This document shows positions 35,504 to 46,354 of a stretch of DNA of 49,497 bases, in pieces. Each line of letters starts with the position of its first letter. Within the stretch, counting starts at the first letter, position 1. Made by a program: the position numbers and the translations under genes. This DNA comes from Minisyncoccota bacterium (GTDB taxonomy: Bacteria > Patescibacteriota > Microgenomatia > UBA1400 > PJMF01): NCBI GenBank assembly GCA_009885085.1, contig VFLK01000013.1, forward strand, positions 1-49,497. Direction: 5' to 3'. The notes beneath the pieces are model-generated. The model ran no database searches. It was not told where the DNA came from and saw nothing but the letters and a program-made list of their open reading frames with translations.

Positions 35504-36253
35504 TTATAATTTGTATGGAACCTCGAGCTTGAATGCTTGATTGTGAACCCGTTTAGCAACTTTTTCTACAATTTCTGGAGAAATATTTTCAATATTTATT
35601 TCTGAAGCTTCTTTGTTATTATCAATTATTTCCTTCAGAACCAAATCGGCTGCTTCATAACCAAAGCCTAGTTCGTTTTCGTCAGTTTGGTCTTTCCAGA
35701 GTCCAGCCGATGGTTTTTTGGTTAAAATTTCATTAGGAATATCAAAATATTGAGCTAATTGGCGAATCTGGGTTTTGTACAGGTGAACAATTGGCTCTAT
35801 GTCAGAGGCTTCATCTCCAAATCTAGTGAAATATCCTAAATAATGTTCTGATTTATTTTCAGTTCCAATTACAAGACCATTTTTTTCTTTAGCAATATCG
35901 TATGTAATTATCATTCTTACACGAGCCATAATATTTCCTTTGCGCATTATTTCATCTTGAGAAATATTGAGAGAACTACAAATCCCGTCAACGCTACTTT
36001 TAATATTTTTGATAACAATATTTTCTTTTGGAATCTGGTTCCATTCGCAGATTGATAAAGCATCTGTCATGTCTTGATCGCCGTAAGGCATTAAGACTGG
36101 ATAAATATTATTAGGAAGAATTGCTCTAGTGATCAAAGTTAAAGAAATGGCGGAATCAATCCCACCTGAAACTGCAATGATGGCGGAGTTAATGTTATTT
36201 TTGGTGAAAGTTCCTTTGAGGAATTTTTGTATTTTTTCAGCTTCTACTTGCAT
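35504..36253 (-). CDS. nadE: NH3-dependent NAD+ synthetase
   Basis: SGGIDS, GNIMARVRM, GTENKSE, GYFTRFGD, LYKTQ, PSAGLW..QTDE. Confidence 0.95.
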   Translation of the reverse strand: MQVEAEKIQKFLKGTFTKNNINSAIIAVSGGIDSAISLTLITRAILPNNIYPVLMPYGDQDMTDALSICEWNQIPKENIVIKNIKSSVDGICSSLNISQDEIMRKGNIMARVRMIITYDIAKEKNGLVIGTENKSEHYLGYFTRFGDEASDIEPIVHLYKTQIRQLAQYFDIPNEILTKKPSAGLWKDQTDENELGFGYEAADLVLKEIIDNNKEASEINIENISPEIVEKVAKRVHNQAFKLEVPYKL

Positions 36254-36260
36254 AATGTCA

Positions 36261-36809
36261 TTAATAAAGATTGTTTTCTTTAATAAAATTAATAATTTCT
36301 GGAGTGGTAAGTAATTCGAGGGATTTTCCCTCTTTGACCATTTTTTTTATCTGGGTTGAAGAAACATCAATATTTTCTACATGCTCAAGTTTTTTCATGT
36401 TTGGAAGCAGATTTACTAGAGGAAAGCCAGTTCTTGGATACACCAAAACTTGAAAGTTTTTAAGAATATCTTCGTACCTGTGCCATTTTTTAAAATCGGC
36501 CAACTGGTCGGATCCAATTATCCAAACAAACGTATCGTTTGGAAATAGTTTTTGAAAATATTCTAGAGTTTCAATCGAGTAGCTCGTTGAATTTTTATTT
36601 AATTCGTAAGCACAGATAGAAAAGTTTTTGAATGTTTTTAACATTGAAAAACGATCAGTTGCAGAGGAAATATCTTTTTGATATGGGTGCTGGGCGCATG
36701 GAACAAACCAAACGACATCGCAATATTCTTTTGCAATTATTGTATTAGCAACCGTTAAATGCCCGTTGTGCGGCGGATCAAAACTTCCTCCAAAAAGACC
36801 GATTTTCAT
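36261..36809 (-). CDS. nadD: Nicotinate-nucleotide adenylyltransferase
   Basis: GGSFDPPHNGH, IIGSD, W, VSST; adjacent to nadE. Confidence 0.93.
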   Translation of the reverse strand: MKIGLFGGSFDPPHNGHLTVANTIIAKEYCDVVWFVPCAQHPYQKDISSATDRFSMLKTFKNFSICAYELNKNSTSYSIETLEYFQKLFPNDTFVWIIGSDQLADFKKWHRYEDILKNFQVLVYPRTGFPLVNLLPNMKKLEHVENIDVSSTQIKKMVKEGKSLELLTTPEIINFIKENNLY

Positions 36810-36893
36810 TCCGTAATTATACATCATGGGTTAGAATATTTTTTATCTGTTAGAATAAAAACATAAAATACCTAAGGCAAATTGTAAATTAAT

Positions 36894-37721
36894 ATGAGTA
36901 TCCTATTTTTTCAGTTTTATCGTTGGATTTTTTGTAGACCATTTTTTTATAAATTTAATAAACATTTATTTAAGTTGTCATTGCGCGGCTTGGGAGTTTT
37001 AAATTCTGATATTGCTAGCGCCACGGGTGAAGATTATCTATTAGAGAAACTTTCCAAAAAATGGAACCCAAAAATAATCGTTGATGTAGGCTCTAATACT
37101 GATGCATATGGATACAAATTTTTTACTGATGCAAAAATATTTGCTATCGAGCCTCATCCGCTGACGTACAAGAAATTGAGAGAGATGTTTATTGGAATTA
37201 CCCGTATCAAGAAATGCAATTTGGCTTTGAGTAACAACAATGGGAATGCAAAATTGTGGGATTTTGCCGAAGAATCTGAGATTAAAAAAACTCAACCAAC
37301 TTCACAGCTTTCTTCCTTGGACAAAAATGTAATCAATAAAATTCATGGCCAAAAAGCTCAAGCATTTTTAGTAAAAAAGATGACTTTGGATTCTTTTGCC
37401 ACAAAGTATAGAATAGACAAAATTGACTTCTTGAAAATTGATACCGAGGGGCATGAACTTCAGGTACTCCAAGGAGCAAAGAAGCTATTGAAAGATAATA
37501 AAATAGATCTAATTCAGTTTGAGTTTAATGAAATGAATGTATTGTCGGGGAGTTTTTTGAGAAATTTTATGGATTTGCTGCCTGGATTTAAATTTTTCCG
37601 TTTAATGCCTAGAGGGTTATATTCGCTAAATGACTATAAGCCACTTACTCATGAAATATTTGGTTTTCAAAATATTTTAGCCGTTCGAATTAATAAATTA
37701 GACTTAATTAAAAATATATAA
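36894..37721 (+). CDS. FkbM family methyltransferase
   Basis: DVGSN, IEPHP, TLD, LKIDTEGHE..VL.GA, IQFEF. Confidence 0.88.
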   Translation: MSILFFQFYRWIFCRPFFYKFNKHLFKLSLRGLGVLNSDIASATGEDYLLEKLSKKWNPKIIVDVGSNTDAYGYKFFTDAKIFAIEPHPLTYKKLREMFIGITRIKKCNLALSNNNGNAKLWDFAEESEIKKTQPTSQLSSLDKNVINKIHGQKAQAFLVKKMTLDSFATKYRIDKIDFLKIDTEGHELQVLQGAKKLLKDNKIDLIQFEFNEMNVLSGSFLRNFMDLLPGFKFFRLMPRGLYSLNDYKPLTHEIFGFQNILAVRINKLDLIKNI

Positions 37722-37763
37722 TTTTTATTTAATTCGTAGGCGCAGATTCTTCCAATAGCAATA

Positions 37764-38423
37764 TTATTTTTTATCTAGCACAATTCTGGCGCCTGAAAAG
37801 TTAGCAACTTCACCGCTTGTTGATCTTATTTGGAGTGCGTAAGTGTTATTTCCGTTAAATAGCTTAAATTTAGGCGAACTTTTCCATGTTGTTGTACTAG
37901 TTGAGTGTGAAATTTCAGTAATCGCCATAATAGACCCGGTGGTTTTATTCACAAGTCTTGCCCAGGATTCGCCGCCAATGACCGACAATCCTACTTCAAA
38001 AACTGCATCAATATCAGTAGGGTAGTCAGCGCTATTTAAATTAACTTCGACTCCTGAATCTGTCCAATCATTATTTTTTGTATTTGCTGAACCAATATAT
38101 ATAATTTGTTTTTGAAAAATTGACGCAGCTGAATTTTTGTTAACGCTGGCAGGTAGGTTAGAATCGTCTTCTAATTTTTCTATTCTATTGAGCAAAGCTG
38201 AAGAGCTTGCTGAAAGATCTTTCATGTGATTCTCAAGGTCTACAATTATCAAGCTTGATTCATCCTGCGTGTTTACCACCGGCTTTTTGTTTTCAGTATT
38301 TACAATAATTTCTGGAAATTTTTTGTTGTTCTCGTCGATACGAAGGTAAAGGACAAATAGTGTCGACAATCCACATAAAAAAAAGAACAAAACGAAGGTG
38401 ATTATTTTTTCAAACTTTGACAT
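37764..38423 (-). CDS. Membrane-anchored hypothetical protein
   Basis: N-terminal TM, coiled coil, beta-rich C-terminal domain. Confidence 0.6.
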   Translation of the reverse strand: MSKFEKIITFVLFFFLCGLSTLFVLYLRIDENNKKFPEIIVNTENKKPVVNTQDESSLIIVDLENHMKDLSASSSALLNRIEKLEDDSNLPASVNKNSAASIFQKQIIYIGSANTKNNDWTDSGVEVNLNSADYPTDIDAVFEVGLSVIGGESWARLVNKTTGSIMAITEISHSTSTTTWKSSPKFKLFNGNNTYALQIRSTSGEVANFSGARIVLDKK

Positions 38424-38726
38424 AATTTAACTATCTTAATCAAAATCATATCATTTTTTTAGATTGAGAATGTCTTTAAAATGTTATTAAATCGGTCTTT
38501 TCTCTCTGGTGTCATAATATTCATTCTGATTGCGAAAACTGTTTTCCAAAGCATTGTTCTTAGTAAATATAAATTCCTCAAATCTTTGCAGCCACGTTTG
38601 CCAGAATGACTTCTCCATTAATTAGATATTCGAGTTCAGATTCTAAGCAAGTGACTAGGTAATCATAAAAAGAATTGTCAGATCCTCGTTCATATAAGCC
38701 ACAGCGTAGTAAATATTTGACATAAT

Positions 38727-39596
38727 TTAAAGTGATGTTAAAACGATTCCAATTATTGTAAGCAAAATTCCAAATGCCTGAACTTTGGTAATCTTTTCTT
38801 TGAGAAAAACTACCGCCATTAATATGGTTACTACAGAGAGGGCGGAGGCTATTGGCGAGACTAATATCAAGTCTCCAAATTCCAGCCCGTAATTCATGCT
38901 TGCAACTGCTGCTGCCTCTAGAACACCGACCAGAACAGTAACTAAAAGTATTTTTTTAGTTGCTTTTTCAATCTTAAGATTCTTCTTGGTGGAAAATGAG
39001 AAAATTATTAATGTGATAATTGCTCCAAATTTTACATATAGAGATGTTGGTAGCCAGCCAATCTTTTCAGAAATAAATTCACTTAAATTCCAAAAGATTC
39101 CAAAGAAAACTGATGCTAGCAGAGCCTCTTTAACACCAGCCAACAACTTAAACTCTTTATTTTTAATATCATTAAAATTAACTGAAACAAGAAAAACTCC
39201 TGATAATATTAGAAAAACTGAGAATAATTGAAAAGCAGTTAGACTCTGACCTGAAAAGATGATAGCGATCAGCATCGCGATAATTACATTTAAGTTGATA
39301 GTTGCTGATACAACTGAGACATTTCCAATTTCAAATGCTTTGTAGAAATATAAGTACGCAGTAGCATAGAATATTGATGAAATAAAAATAATTATTCCTA
39401 ATATTAGGGAAACTTGAGTATTGATTCCAAATAATGGAATCAATAAAATTGTAAAGATTATTCCAGCTAGTTGAGACCAGAAGAATGCCTTAAGATGACC
39501 TATCTGGTCAGAAGAAAGATTTGCAAAGAAATCAGAAATTCCCCAGCCAAACATGGCTCCTAAACCTGAAAGTACGCTAATTAGTGTTTTATCCAT
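38727..39596 (-). CDS. DMT/EamA family transporter
   Basis: 10 TM in two repeats, WG..DF, G.VSVVS, FLKEKI. Confidence 0.85.
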   Translation of the reverse strand: MDKTLISVLSGLGAMFGWGISDFFANLSSDQIGHLKAFFWSQLAGIIFTILLIPLFGINTQVSLILGIIIFISSIFYATAYLYFYKAFEIGNVSVVSATINLNVIIAMLIAIIFSGQSLTAFQLFSVFLILSGVFLVSVNFNDIKNKEFKLLAGVKEALLASVFFGIFWNLSEFISEKIGWLPTSLYVKFGAIITLIIFSFSTKKNLKIEKATKKILLVTVLVGVLEAAAVASMNYGLEFGDLILVSPIASALSVVTILMAVVFLKEKITKVQAFGILLTIIGIVLTSL

Positions 39597-39607
39597 AATG
39601 TTATCTA

Positions 39608-40831
39608 TTATGTTAGTTTTTTTGCCAAACTTAAAATTCCAATTTGCGATAGTGCGGCTAACAAAACAACTACAGAAACAGCAGTCTTGCTATCAAAATT
39701 ATAGATCAAAAATAAGTACAAAATTGTAGTAATTGTACGTCCCAGATTAATATAAATCTCATGGTCAAATAATAGTCGAAAGCTAGTGGTTATTCCTCCG
39801 TCACTATTTTGTTCAACCTGGCTATAGAAAATTGGAAAGAAAACAAACCAATAAAGTTTGTCAAAAATTATCATTGCTACCAGGTAAATCAAGATGCTTA
39901 GATAGTTGAAAGACACAAGCATAAAAATAGAACTGAGTATCAGTGGTACTAGTCCAAAAAGAAGTATTTTTGTTCGATTACTTGAAGCATTTTTTAATCT
40001 TCCTAATATATATAGAGATACACCAGCAACTACACTAATCAAGCTCATTATCGTTCCGAGTACTCCTTCGTTTCCAATGTAAGTAATTATTAATGCTCCA
40101 GGTAAAGCCAGTGCGAGAGCAAACTGCATGCTACCTAAGAAGGTAAATGCTCGAAACAATTTCCATTGTTTTGGAGGGTTAGTTACCCAGAGTTTAGTGA
40201 TGATAGGGTTTTTAGTACTGTGTTTTTTTACTATTAATCCGGCTAATACAAATATACTTATGCCAAACATTGCTAATAATCGATAAGCAGAAATTTTATC
40301 CCATCCCCATGAAGGTGAGAGCGCAATGAGCCAGCCAATTATTAATGGAGTGACTGTTCCAGTTATTGAACCCATTGATCCTGTTAAACCTGAAATATAA
40401 TCTCTCTGATCATTAGCCACTTCAGCGGTATATAGAAAACTTCTAGTTCCCCAATACAAGCCTAATGGAATTCCATAAAATAAACCAAAAATAAAAATGC
40501 TAGTAAAATTAATTACTGGCAAGAAAAATAAGATTAGTACCATTGAACCAAGGCCAATTAGTCCAGTTACAGAAACGTCGCGCAAAGAATATTTTCTGAG
40601 TAACTTTGCTGCTAAAATTAAGGCAAGTGGCATAGTAATGTACATGCCAAGAGCAAATACAGCTGGTGATTCAATTTTGCCAGATTGTTGAACTATGAAA
40701 GCCAACATAAAAATCCAAGTGCTGACGTCAGCTAATTGGTAAAGCAGGATCGACCAAGTTAAGGCTCTAGCTTTTTGGGACAAACTCTTAAAGTGAGCTA
40801 TTTCGGCTAATAAAATATTTTTGAGAAACAT
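39608..40831 (-). CDS. MFS-type transporter
   Basis: ~12 TM, GLYW...R.Y..G pattern. Confidence 0.7.
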   Translation of the reverse strand: MFLKNILLAEIAHFKSLSQKARALTWSILLYQLADVSTWIFMLAFIVQQSGKIESPAVFALGMYITMPLALILAAKLLRKYSLRDVSVTGLIGLGSMVLILFFLPVINFTSIFIFGLFYGIPLGLYWGTRSFLYTAEVANDQRDYISGLTGSMGSITGTVTPLIIGWLIALSPSWGWDKISAYRLLAMFGISIFVLAGLIVKKHSTKNPIITKLWVTNPPKQWKLFRAFTFLGSMQFALALALPGALIITYIGNEGVLGTIMSLISVVAGVSLYILGRLKNASSNRTKILLFGLVPLILSSIFMLVSFNYLSILIYLVAMIIFDKLYWFVFFPIFYSQVEQNSDGGITTSFRLLFDHEIYINLGRTITTILYLFLIYNFDSKTAVSVVVLLAALSQIGILSLAKKLT

Positions 40832-40915
40832 GGAAAGTATTATATATGGTTTTCGAAATATTTATGATATCATTTCGATAATTAAAAAACGTTCTGCCCA
40901 GAATAGAGATTTTTA

Positions 40916-42166
40916 ATGTTTGAAACTTTAAAAGGAGCCCCTCCCGAACCAAGTATCCATGTTCCTAAAAGCTTTGTGGTTTATAAACCTGAGTTATCTG
41001 TGGTATTGAAAAAAAAATTTCCAGAGATTCGTCTTGATATAACTGGATTTGATAATTTAATGAAGTTGATTTTATCTGGAAAATCTCCTCATGCTGTGAT
41101 GATGTGGTTATTAAATGGTGACAACTATGAGGCGGCTTTAGCAGACTTAGACAATGTACATGCATTTACTCAGGAAAATAAATATATAGGTCCAAATGTC
41201 GAATTATTAGGAGCGTTAATTCCATTTATGGATCTTCGACAAGACCAGCCAAGTCTGAAACCTGTTCCAGGAAAACCAGGTGAATATGCCATTGTTTCAG
41301 CTCAAGCAAGTTTTACCAAGGCTATTTTAGCTCCAAGAATGGCTAGTTTGGGAATAGATTATTTTGCTACTTTTGACCCACATAGCTATCTTGCTGGCAC
41401 TCATTTTAAGGAAGCAGGCGTCGAGCCTATCAATTTGACAGCTGCTATTTTAATGATTAAGGAACTCAAGAATAGGAGCTTGCTAAATGGCAATCTAGAA
41501 AATGTAATATGTGGTGTTGATTTGGGCAATTTACCTTTAGCGAAGACAGTCAAGGATTATTTAGAAATTAATATTGCCATGATTGATAAAATTAGAATCC
41601 CGGATGGTGATACTGGAGATTCAAAAGTTGAGAATAATTTTATTTATGGTAATGTTAGAGGCAAAAGGGTGATTGTAATGGATGACATGATTAGCAGTGG
41701 AACGACTCTGATAGAAACAGTTAAAGAACTTCTAAATCAGGGAGCTAAAGAAATTCTTGTTTGTGCTACTCATCCAGTATTTGTCAAAGATTATTACAAT
41801 AAGTTACAAGAATTACTTCAATTTGAAGAAGTAAAAATTGTTTTAACTACAAATACACTTCCATTAGAGAGACCTCATCCATATCCAAATAAAACATTGC
41901 CAAAAAATGATCTGGCAAAACCTAGTGATCCCCCTGAAAGAAAACAGGTTCAAATGCTTGATATCGATGCTGACATTTCTGAAGTTTTGGAATCAATGTT
42001 AAAAGGCGGAAGTGCTCCGGAGGTTAGAGAACTATTAAGTGGTCTAGCAATAGTTAGGGAGAGTCCAAGACAGATTTATAGAGATTTAACAGGAAAAAAC
42101 CTTCCAGAGAGAAAAGTTACTCATGAGTACGTTGAGGGAAAGTTTATTCCATTAAAGAATGCTTAG
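40916..42166 (+). CDS. Ribose-phosphate pyrophosphokinase-like (divergent PRPP synthetase)
   Basis: IPFMDLRQD, FDPHS, GVDLG, IDKIR, VMDDMISSGTT, CATHPVF, TTNT. Confidence 0.75.
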   Translation: MFETLKGAPPEPSIHVPKSFVVYKPELSVVLKKKFPEIRLDITGFDNLMKLILSGKSPHAVMMWLLNGDNYEAALADLDNVHAFTQENKYIGPNVELLGALIPFMDLRQDQPSLKPVPGKPGEYAIVSAQASFTKAILAPRMASLGIDYFATFDPHSYLAGTHFKEAGVEPINLTAAILMIKELKNRSLLNGNLENVICGVDLGNLPLAKTVKDYLEINIAMIDKIRIPDGDTGDSKVENNFIYGNVRGKRVIVMDDMISSGTTLIETVKELLNQGAKEILVCATHPVFVKDYYNKLQELLQFEEVKIVLTTNTLPLERPHPYPNKTLPKNDLAKPSDPPERKQVQMLDIDADISEVLESMLKGGSAPEVRELLSGLAIVRESPRQIYRDLTGKNLPERKVTHEYVEGKFIPLKNA

Positions 42167-42212
42167 TCTATTTATAGTTTATGAGTTTATTCATTCGTGT
42201 TAACATATCGAA

Positions 42213-43121
42213 ATGGATAAAGTTATAAAACTAAAAGTTATTTCATTGAATTTGTGGACGGGTGGATTATTATTTGATGAGATTCTTCAATTTCTGAAGG
42301 GTGAAAATCCAGATATACTATTACTCCAAGAAGTTTATAACAGCGACGATTTGTCATTGAAAAGAAATTTCCGATCTTTTTCTATTTTGAGGGACGAACT
42401 AAATTTTTCATATTCACATTTTGCGCCTGCTTTTTTGGAATCAATTAAAAGCTCTCAAGCAGTGAACGACTTATCTGCTGTAGCACCCGTTACGAATATC
42501 CCTAACCAAAAAATAGAGCAGGGTAATGCAATATTTAGTAAGTTTCCGTTGGAAGCACAAGAGACCAAATTTTATGATATTCCATTTGGTGATCGCATCG
42601 ATGAGTTTGCTTATTACTCAGTTACTCCAAGAAATTTGCAACATGTAATTCTTGATTTAAATCCTGCTGATAAAAAAGCTGACGGTCAAGCTTTGCTTGA
42701 TGGGAAAAGCACTTCCATAGAAGGTAATCAAAAACTTCATGTGCTTAACACACAGGGAATTTGGGGTACACATGGCAATGATACCGATCGAAGATTAAAA
42801 ATGGGTGATTTTATTGCTAATGAAGTTTCCACAAGTACTCAATCTGAAAAATATCCTGTGCTTTTGGCAGGCGATTTTAATTTAAATCCTTATACAAAGA
42901 CAGTTGAGAAAATTGAAAATATTTTGGAAAGTGTTTTTAAATCAAGTTTGAAAACGAGTTTTAATCTTAAGCGAAAGAACCTAGAAAAAGATCCTGGATA
43001 TGCAACTTCGGCTGTTGATATGATGCTTGTTTCCAGCGATATTAAAGTTCTAAAAAAAAGTTGTCCGAATGTCGACGTCTCGGATCACTTGCCTCTGGTA
43101 GTAGAGTTGGAGGTTGGTTAA
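42213..43121 (+). CDS. Endonuclease/exonuclease/phosphatase family protein
   Basis: SLN, LLQEV, GNAIFSKFP, AGDFN, VD, SDHLP. Confidence 0.88.
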   Translation: MDKVIKLKVISLNLWTGGLLFDEILQFLKGENPDILLLQEVYNSDDLSLKRNFRSFSILRDELNFSYSHFAPAFLESIKSSQAVNDLSAVAPVTNIPNQKIEQGNAIFSKFPLEAQETKFYDIPFGDRIDEFAYYSVTPRNLQHVILDLNPADKKADGQALLDGKSTSIEGNQKLHVLNTQGIWGTHGNDTDRRLKMGDFIANEVSTSTQSEKYPVLLAGDFNLNPYTKTVEKIENILESVFKSSLKTSFNLKRKNLEKDPGYATSAVDMMLVSSDIKVLKKSCPNVDVSDHLPLVVELEVG

Positions 43122-43181
43122 TAAGTCAGTCAGCTAGTTAGTTTGGCTCAAGTTTTTTCTCGAATTAAAATAATTTTTTAA

Positions 43182-43829
43182 TTAAGATTCTGCGCCAATC
43201 GATGTTGGCTCTCCATGACCTGGATAACAAATAGTTTCTTTGGGATAGCTAAACAATTTTTGTAGAGATTTTTCCATATCCAATGGCTTTGAATATTTAT
43301 GATCAGTTCTTCCAACTGCATCTTTAAAAAGTGTATCACCGGTAAAAATGATAGTTTTAGATCCTTTTGAAATTAAAGAAATGCTTCCTGGAGTATGTCC
43401 TGGGGTTTCAATTACCTCTAGCTTACAATTTCCAAATTCTAAAATTTTGCCTTCATTAATAAATGAAACTTCCGAAGGAACTGGAGCTACTTCATGTTTT
43501 TTTAGCCAGAAAATAGCACTTTTTTGCGCATCCTTAATCAGAAAATCATCATTTTTGTGCAGAAAAATTGGCAAATCAAAATTCAGTCTTAATTCAAGTG
43601 AGCCGAGTACGTGATCGAAATGCCCATGGGTGAAAACTACACAAAGTGGCTTGAGCTTTAGTTCAAGAATTTTTTCACTGATAAAACTTCCGTCATCTCC
43701 TGGGTCAATGATAATAGTTTCTTGCGTATCAGGACATGAGACTAAATAACAATTGGAATCAAGCTCTCCTAAAGTTAGAGTTAAAATTTCGGGATCTGAA
43801 TTGTGTGCCGAATTTTTGTTTTTTTGCAA
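43182..43829 (-). CDS. MBL-fold metallo-hydrolase (glyoxalase II-like)
   Basis: THGHFDH, PGHTPGS, FTGDTLF, PGHG. Confidence 0.9.
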   Translation of the reverse strand: MQKNKNSAHNSDPEILTLTLGELDSNCYLVSCPDTQETIIIDPGDDGSFISEKILELKLKPLCVVFTHGHFDHVLGSLELRLNFDLPIFLHKNDDFLIKDAQKSAIFWLKKHEVAPVPSEVSFINEGKILEFGNCKLEVIETPGHTPGSISLISKGSKTIIFTGDTLFKDAVGRTDHKYSKPLDMEKSLQKLFSYPKETICYPGHGEPTSIGAES

Positions 43830-43841
43830 AATAATTTTGTT

Positions 43842-44489
43842 TTAAATTGACCAAAGAAGCGACAAGATATTAGATATAAAATTAATGATAGGAGTAATTA
43901 AATGAGAAATAGGAGAGCCATTGCCATTCCAAGGTAAGATTAACCCAATAAGAACTAAGGTTCCATATTTGTTCATAAAAAGTTCGTATTCCAACGCAAT
44001 TTGCTTTGGAAGCAAGGCTTGAGCAATTTTAGATCCATCAAGCGGTGCAACAGGAATGAGATTAAAAATTGCTAACATTACATTGATAAAAATAATTGTA
44101 ATTAATACTGATAAAAGAATTCCAGAAATATTTGAAATCCCAATTAATAGTGAAAGTATGGCAGCTAAAATAATGTTTGAGGCTGGACCTGCGAGTGCAA
44201 TTAAAGCTGCATCTTTTCTGGGATTTTTTAGGTTGTAGGGATCAAATTGAACTGGTTTTCCCCAACCAAATCCAATCAGTAATATAGCTAGTGTACCCAT
44301 GGGGTCCAGATGTGCCCTAGGGTTAAGAGAGACTCTTCCTTGGTATTTTGGAGTTGGATCGCCCAACTTATCGGCAATGAATGCATGTGAGAATTCGTGG
44401 ATGGTAATTGACACGATTAAGCCAACAGCAATCATTGCAAATGATAGCGGGTCATTAAATAAAACTGACAATAATCCAATTTTAGGCAT
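43842..44489 (-). CDS. Site-2 protease, peptidase M50
   Basis: HEFSH, AGPASN, FNLIPVAPLDG. Confidence 0.92.
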   Translation of the reverse strand: MPKIGLLSVLFNDPLSFAMIAVGLIVSITIHEFSHAFIADKLGDPTPKYQGRVSLNPRAHLDPMGTLAILLIGFGWGKPVQFDPYNLKNPRKDAALIALAGPASNIILAAILSLLIGISNISGILLSVLITIIFINVMLAIFNLIPVAPLDGSKIAQALLPKQIALEYELFMNKYGTLVLIGLILPWNGNGSPISHLITPIINFISNILSLLWSI

Positions 44490-44577
44490 GTTCCAAATTA
44501 TAGACTATTGTGTTTGCCAATCAAGGGGGTAGGTAGTATAATTGCAATCTGATTGAAATTTAACTGGAACAATTATT

Positions 44578-44790
44578 ATGTCAAGTTTTGCATTTAAACA
44601 TAAAAGTATAGCCCATATTGGCAATAAAGTTTCTCATGCCAAAAACAGAAGTTCAAGACCATTTAGATTCAATTTACACACTGTTACCGTCCTAATTGAA
44701 GGTCAAAAACAAAAAATGAAAGTTCCTGCTAAGGTTCTTAAAATGCTAAAGAAATCTGGAATTACCACACACTGGAAAAAGCCAGAATAA
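44578..44790 (+). CDS. rpmB: 50S ribosomal protein L28 (Cys-less)
   Basis: GNKVSHAKNRSSRPFRFNLH. Confidence 0.88.
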   Translation: MSSFAFKHKSIAHIGNKVSHAKNRSSRPFRFNLHTVTVLIEGQKQKMKVPAKVLKMLKKSGITTHWKKPE

Positions 44791-44812
44791 ATTTATTTTC
44801 TACAAAACTAAT

Positions 44813-45778
44813 CTATTTAATAATTGAATTTTTGACGTCGTTCCACTTGCTAGGTTCTTTTCCTTCGATGTGAACAGTTTTTAGAACTAATCTGTCGGTG
44901 TTTTTACTTTGATCACAGTCACTTTTTTCAATTTCTAATTCTAACAATTTCATTCTTTTATCACCTTTTTGCGTAGGAACTATTGTCCACAGTCCTGGCC
45001 ATGGAGAGAAAGCTTTACTTGCTCTTTCTAAGGTTAAACTCAGTGATTTATTGTGTTCAAGAGCCTCTTCTAATAATTTGGAAAGTTGAGGTTTCTGATT
45101 TTCAATATTTTTACCTTTCATTGCCATTTTGACAACTTCCCATTCTACAAAAGTTTGATCTTTTTTTAGCAACTTTGTAATGATGGTTGGAGATTTTTCT
45201 GGCTGTGGTTTTGCAAACACAAATTTAGCAATTTTTTGTCCCAAATCTTTACAAATTAGATTAAATGCGTGCGAATAGTAGTTTTCGTGATTCCAGCTTT
45301 TATTAACTTCGAAGAAATCTTGATGAATTATTGGACCTTGATCAAATTTATCATTTATTTTCATTAAGGTAATCGCAGAATCTTCATCATTAAACAAAAT
45401 AGAAAATTGTCCTGGAGAAGTTCCTCGCCATTTTGGAAGTTCGGAAGGATGAATATTCAAAGGAGCGATTTTTGGAAGATCCAATAACCAATTTGGGATG
45501 AAGTAACCAAAATCTACGACAAGTAGAAAGTCTGGAGCAATTGAAATTTTTTGCTCAATGCTTTCGTCAATTTTATCTTCAACATAAATCACGGGTATGC
45601 TATTTTCTTTTGCAAAAACATCAAGCGGATTGGGAGTTAGGATTTTTTTCCTGCCAATAATTTTAGGTTTTGGAGTTAGGATCCAAATAATTTCAAAGTT
45701 TTTGTCATTCTTAAGAGTCTCAGCACAAATTGCAGTTCTTTTGGTTGATCCAGATATAGCGATTGTATAATTATTCAT
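44813..45778 (-). CDS. fmt: Methionyl-tRNA formyltransferase
   Basis: GRKK, VVDFG, NIHPSELPKWRG.SP, DQGPI, PWPG; next to def. Confidence 0.88.
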   Translation of the reverse strand: MNNYTIAISGSTKRTAICAETLKNDKNFEIIWILTPKPKIIGRKKILTPNPLDVFAKENSIPVIYVEDKIDESIEQKISIAPDFLLVVDFGYFIPNWLLDLPKIAPLNIHPSELPKWRGTSPGQFSILFNDEDSAITLMKINDKFDQGPIIHQDFFEVNKSWNHENYYSHAFNLICKDLGQKIAKFVFAKPQPEKSPTIITKLLKKDQTFVEWEVVKMAMKGKNIENQKPQLSKLLEEALEHNKSLSLTLERASKAFSPWPGLWTIVPTQKGDKRMKLLELEIEKSDCDQSKNTDRLVLKTVHIEGKEPSKWNDVKNSIIK

Positions 45779-45787
45779 TTATAAAGT

Positions 45788-46336
45788 TTAAAAAAGTTCC
45801 AAAAGTGCGTGGTCTACTTCTTCGTACTTATCTCCCTTGCTTTTTTTATAGACTGGCAAGTCATATTCTAGAGAGTAATCAGTAAATAAAACACCATTCA
45901 AATGGTCTAGTTCATGTTGAAATACTCTAGCTCTAAAATCTTCTATTCTAACTTTTTTTTCAGAAAGTTTATCGCCGTCTATAAATTGACACTCAATTTC
46001 AACCCATGAATATCTAGGAACTGGTCCGTAGAGATCTGGAATTGAGAGGCAAGCTTCTAGAATAGGATCATCTTCGTCTGGTCCAAAAGTAATTTCTTTA
46101 CTTTCCTTCACAACTCTTGGATTGATAAATGTTTCAATGCCATCAACGTTGATGGCAAAAATTCTCCATAATTTATCAACTTGTGGAGCAGCAAGTCCGA
46201 CGCCACGAGGATTTCTTTTTTTTATAAGTGTTTCTTCAAATTCTGCTATGAAATTTTTCAACTTTCTGTCAACATGCGTCACAATCTTAGCTGTTTTTCG
46301 CAGTGTTGGGTGAGGTATTGTAATAATTCTTTTCAT
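45788..46336 (-). CDS. def: Peptide deformylase
   Basis: GVGLAAPQ, EACLS, QHELDHLNG. Confidence 0.95.
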   Translation of the reverse strand: MKRIITIPHPTLRKTAKIVTHVDRKLKNFIAEFEETLIKKRNPRGVGLAAPQVDKLWRIFAINVDGIETFINPRVVKESKEITFGPDEDDPILEACLSIPDLYGPVPRYSWVEIECQFIDGDKLSEKKVRIEDFRARVFQHELDHLNGVLFTDYSLEYDLPVYKKSKGDKYEEVDHALLELF

Positions 46337-46354
46337 TGAGGGATATTATAGCAT

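Noticed and set aside
38430-38724. Small gene between the hypothetical and EamA genes
   Set aside because: Only short broken frames (up to ~52 aa) with no recognisable motif; possibly a remnant but unsupported.
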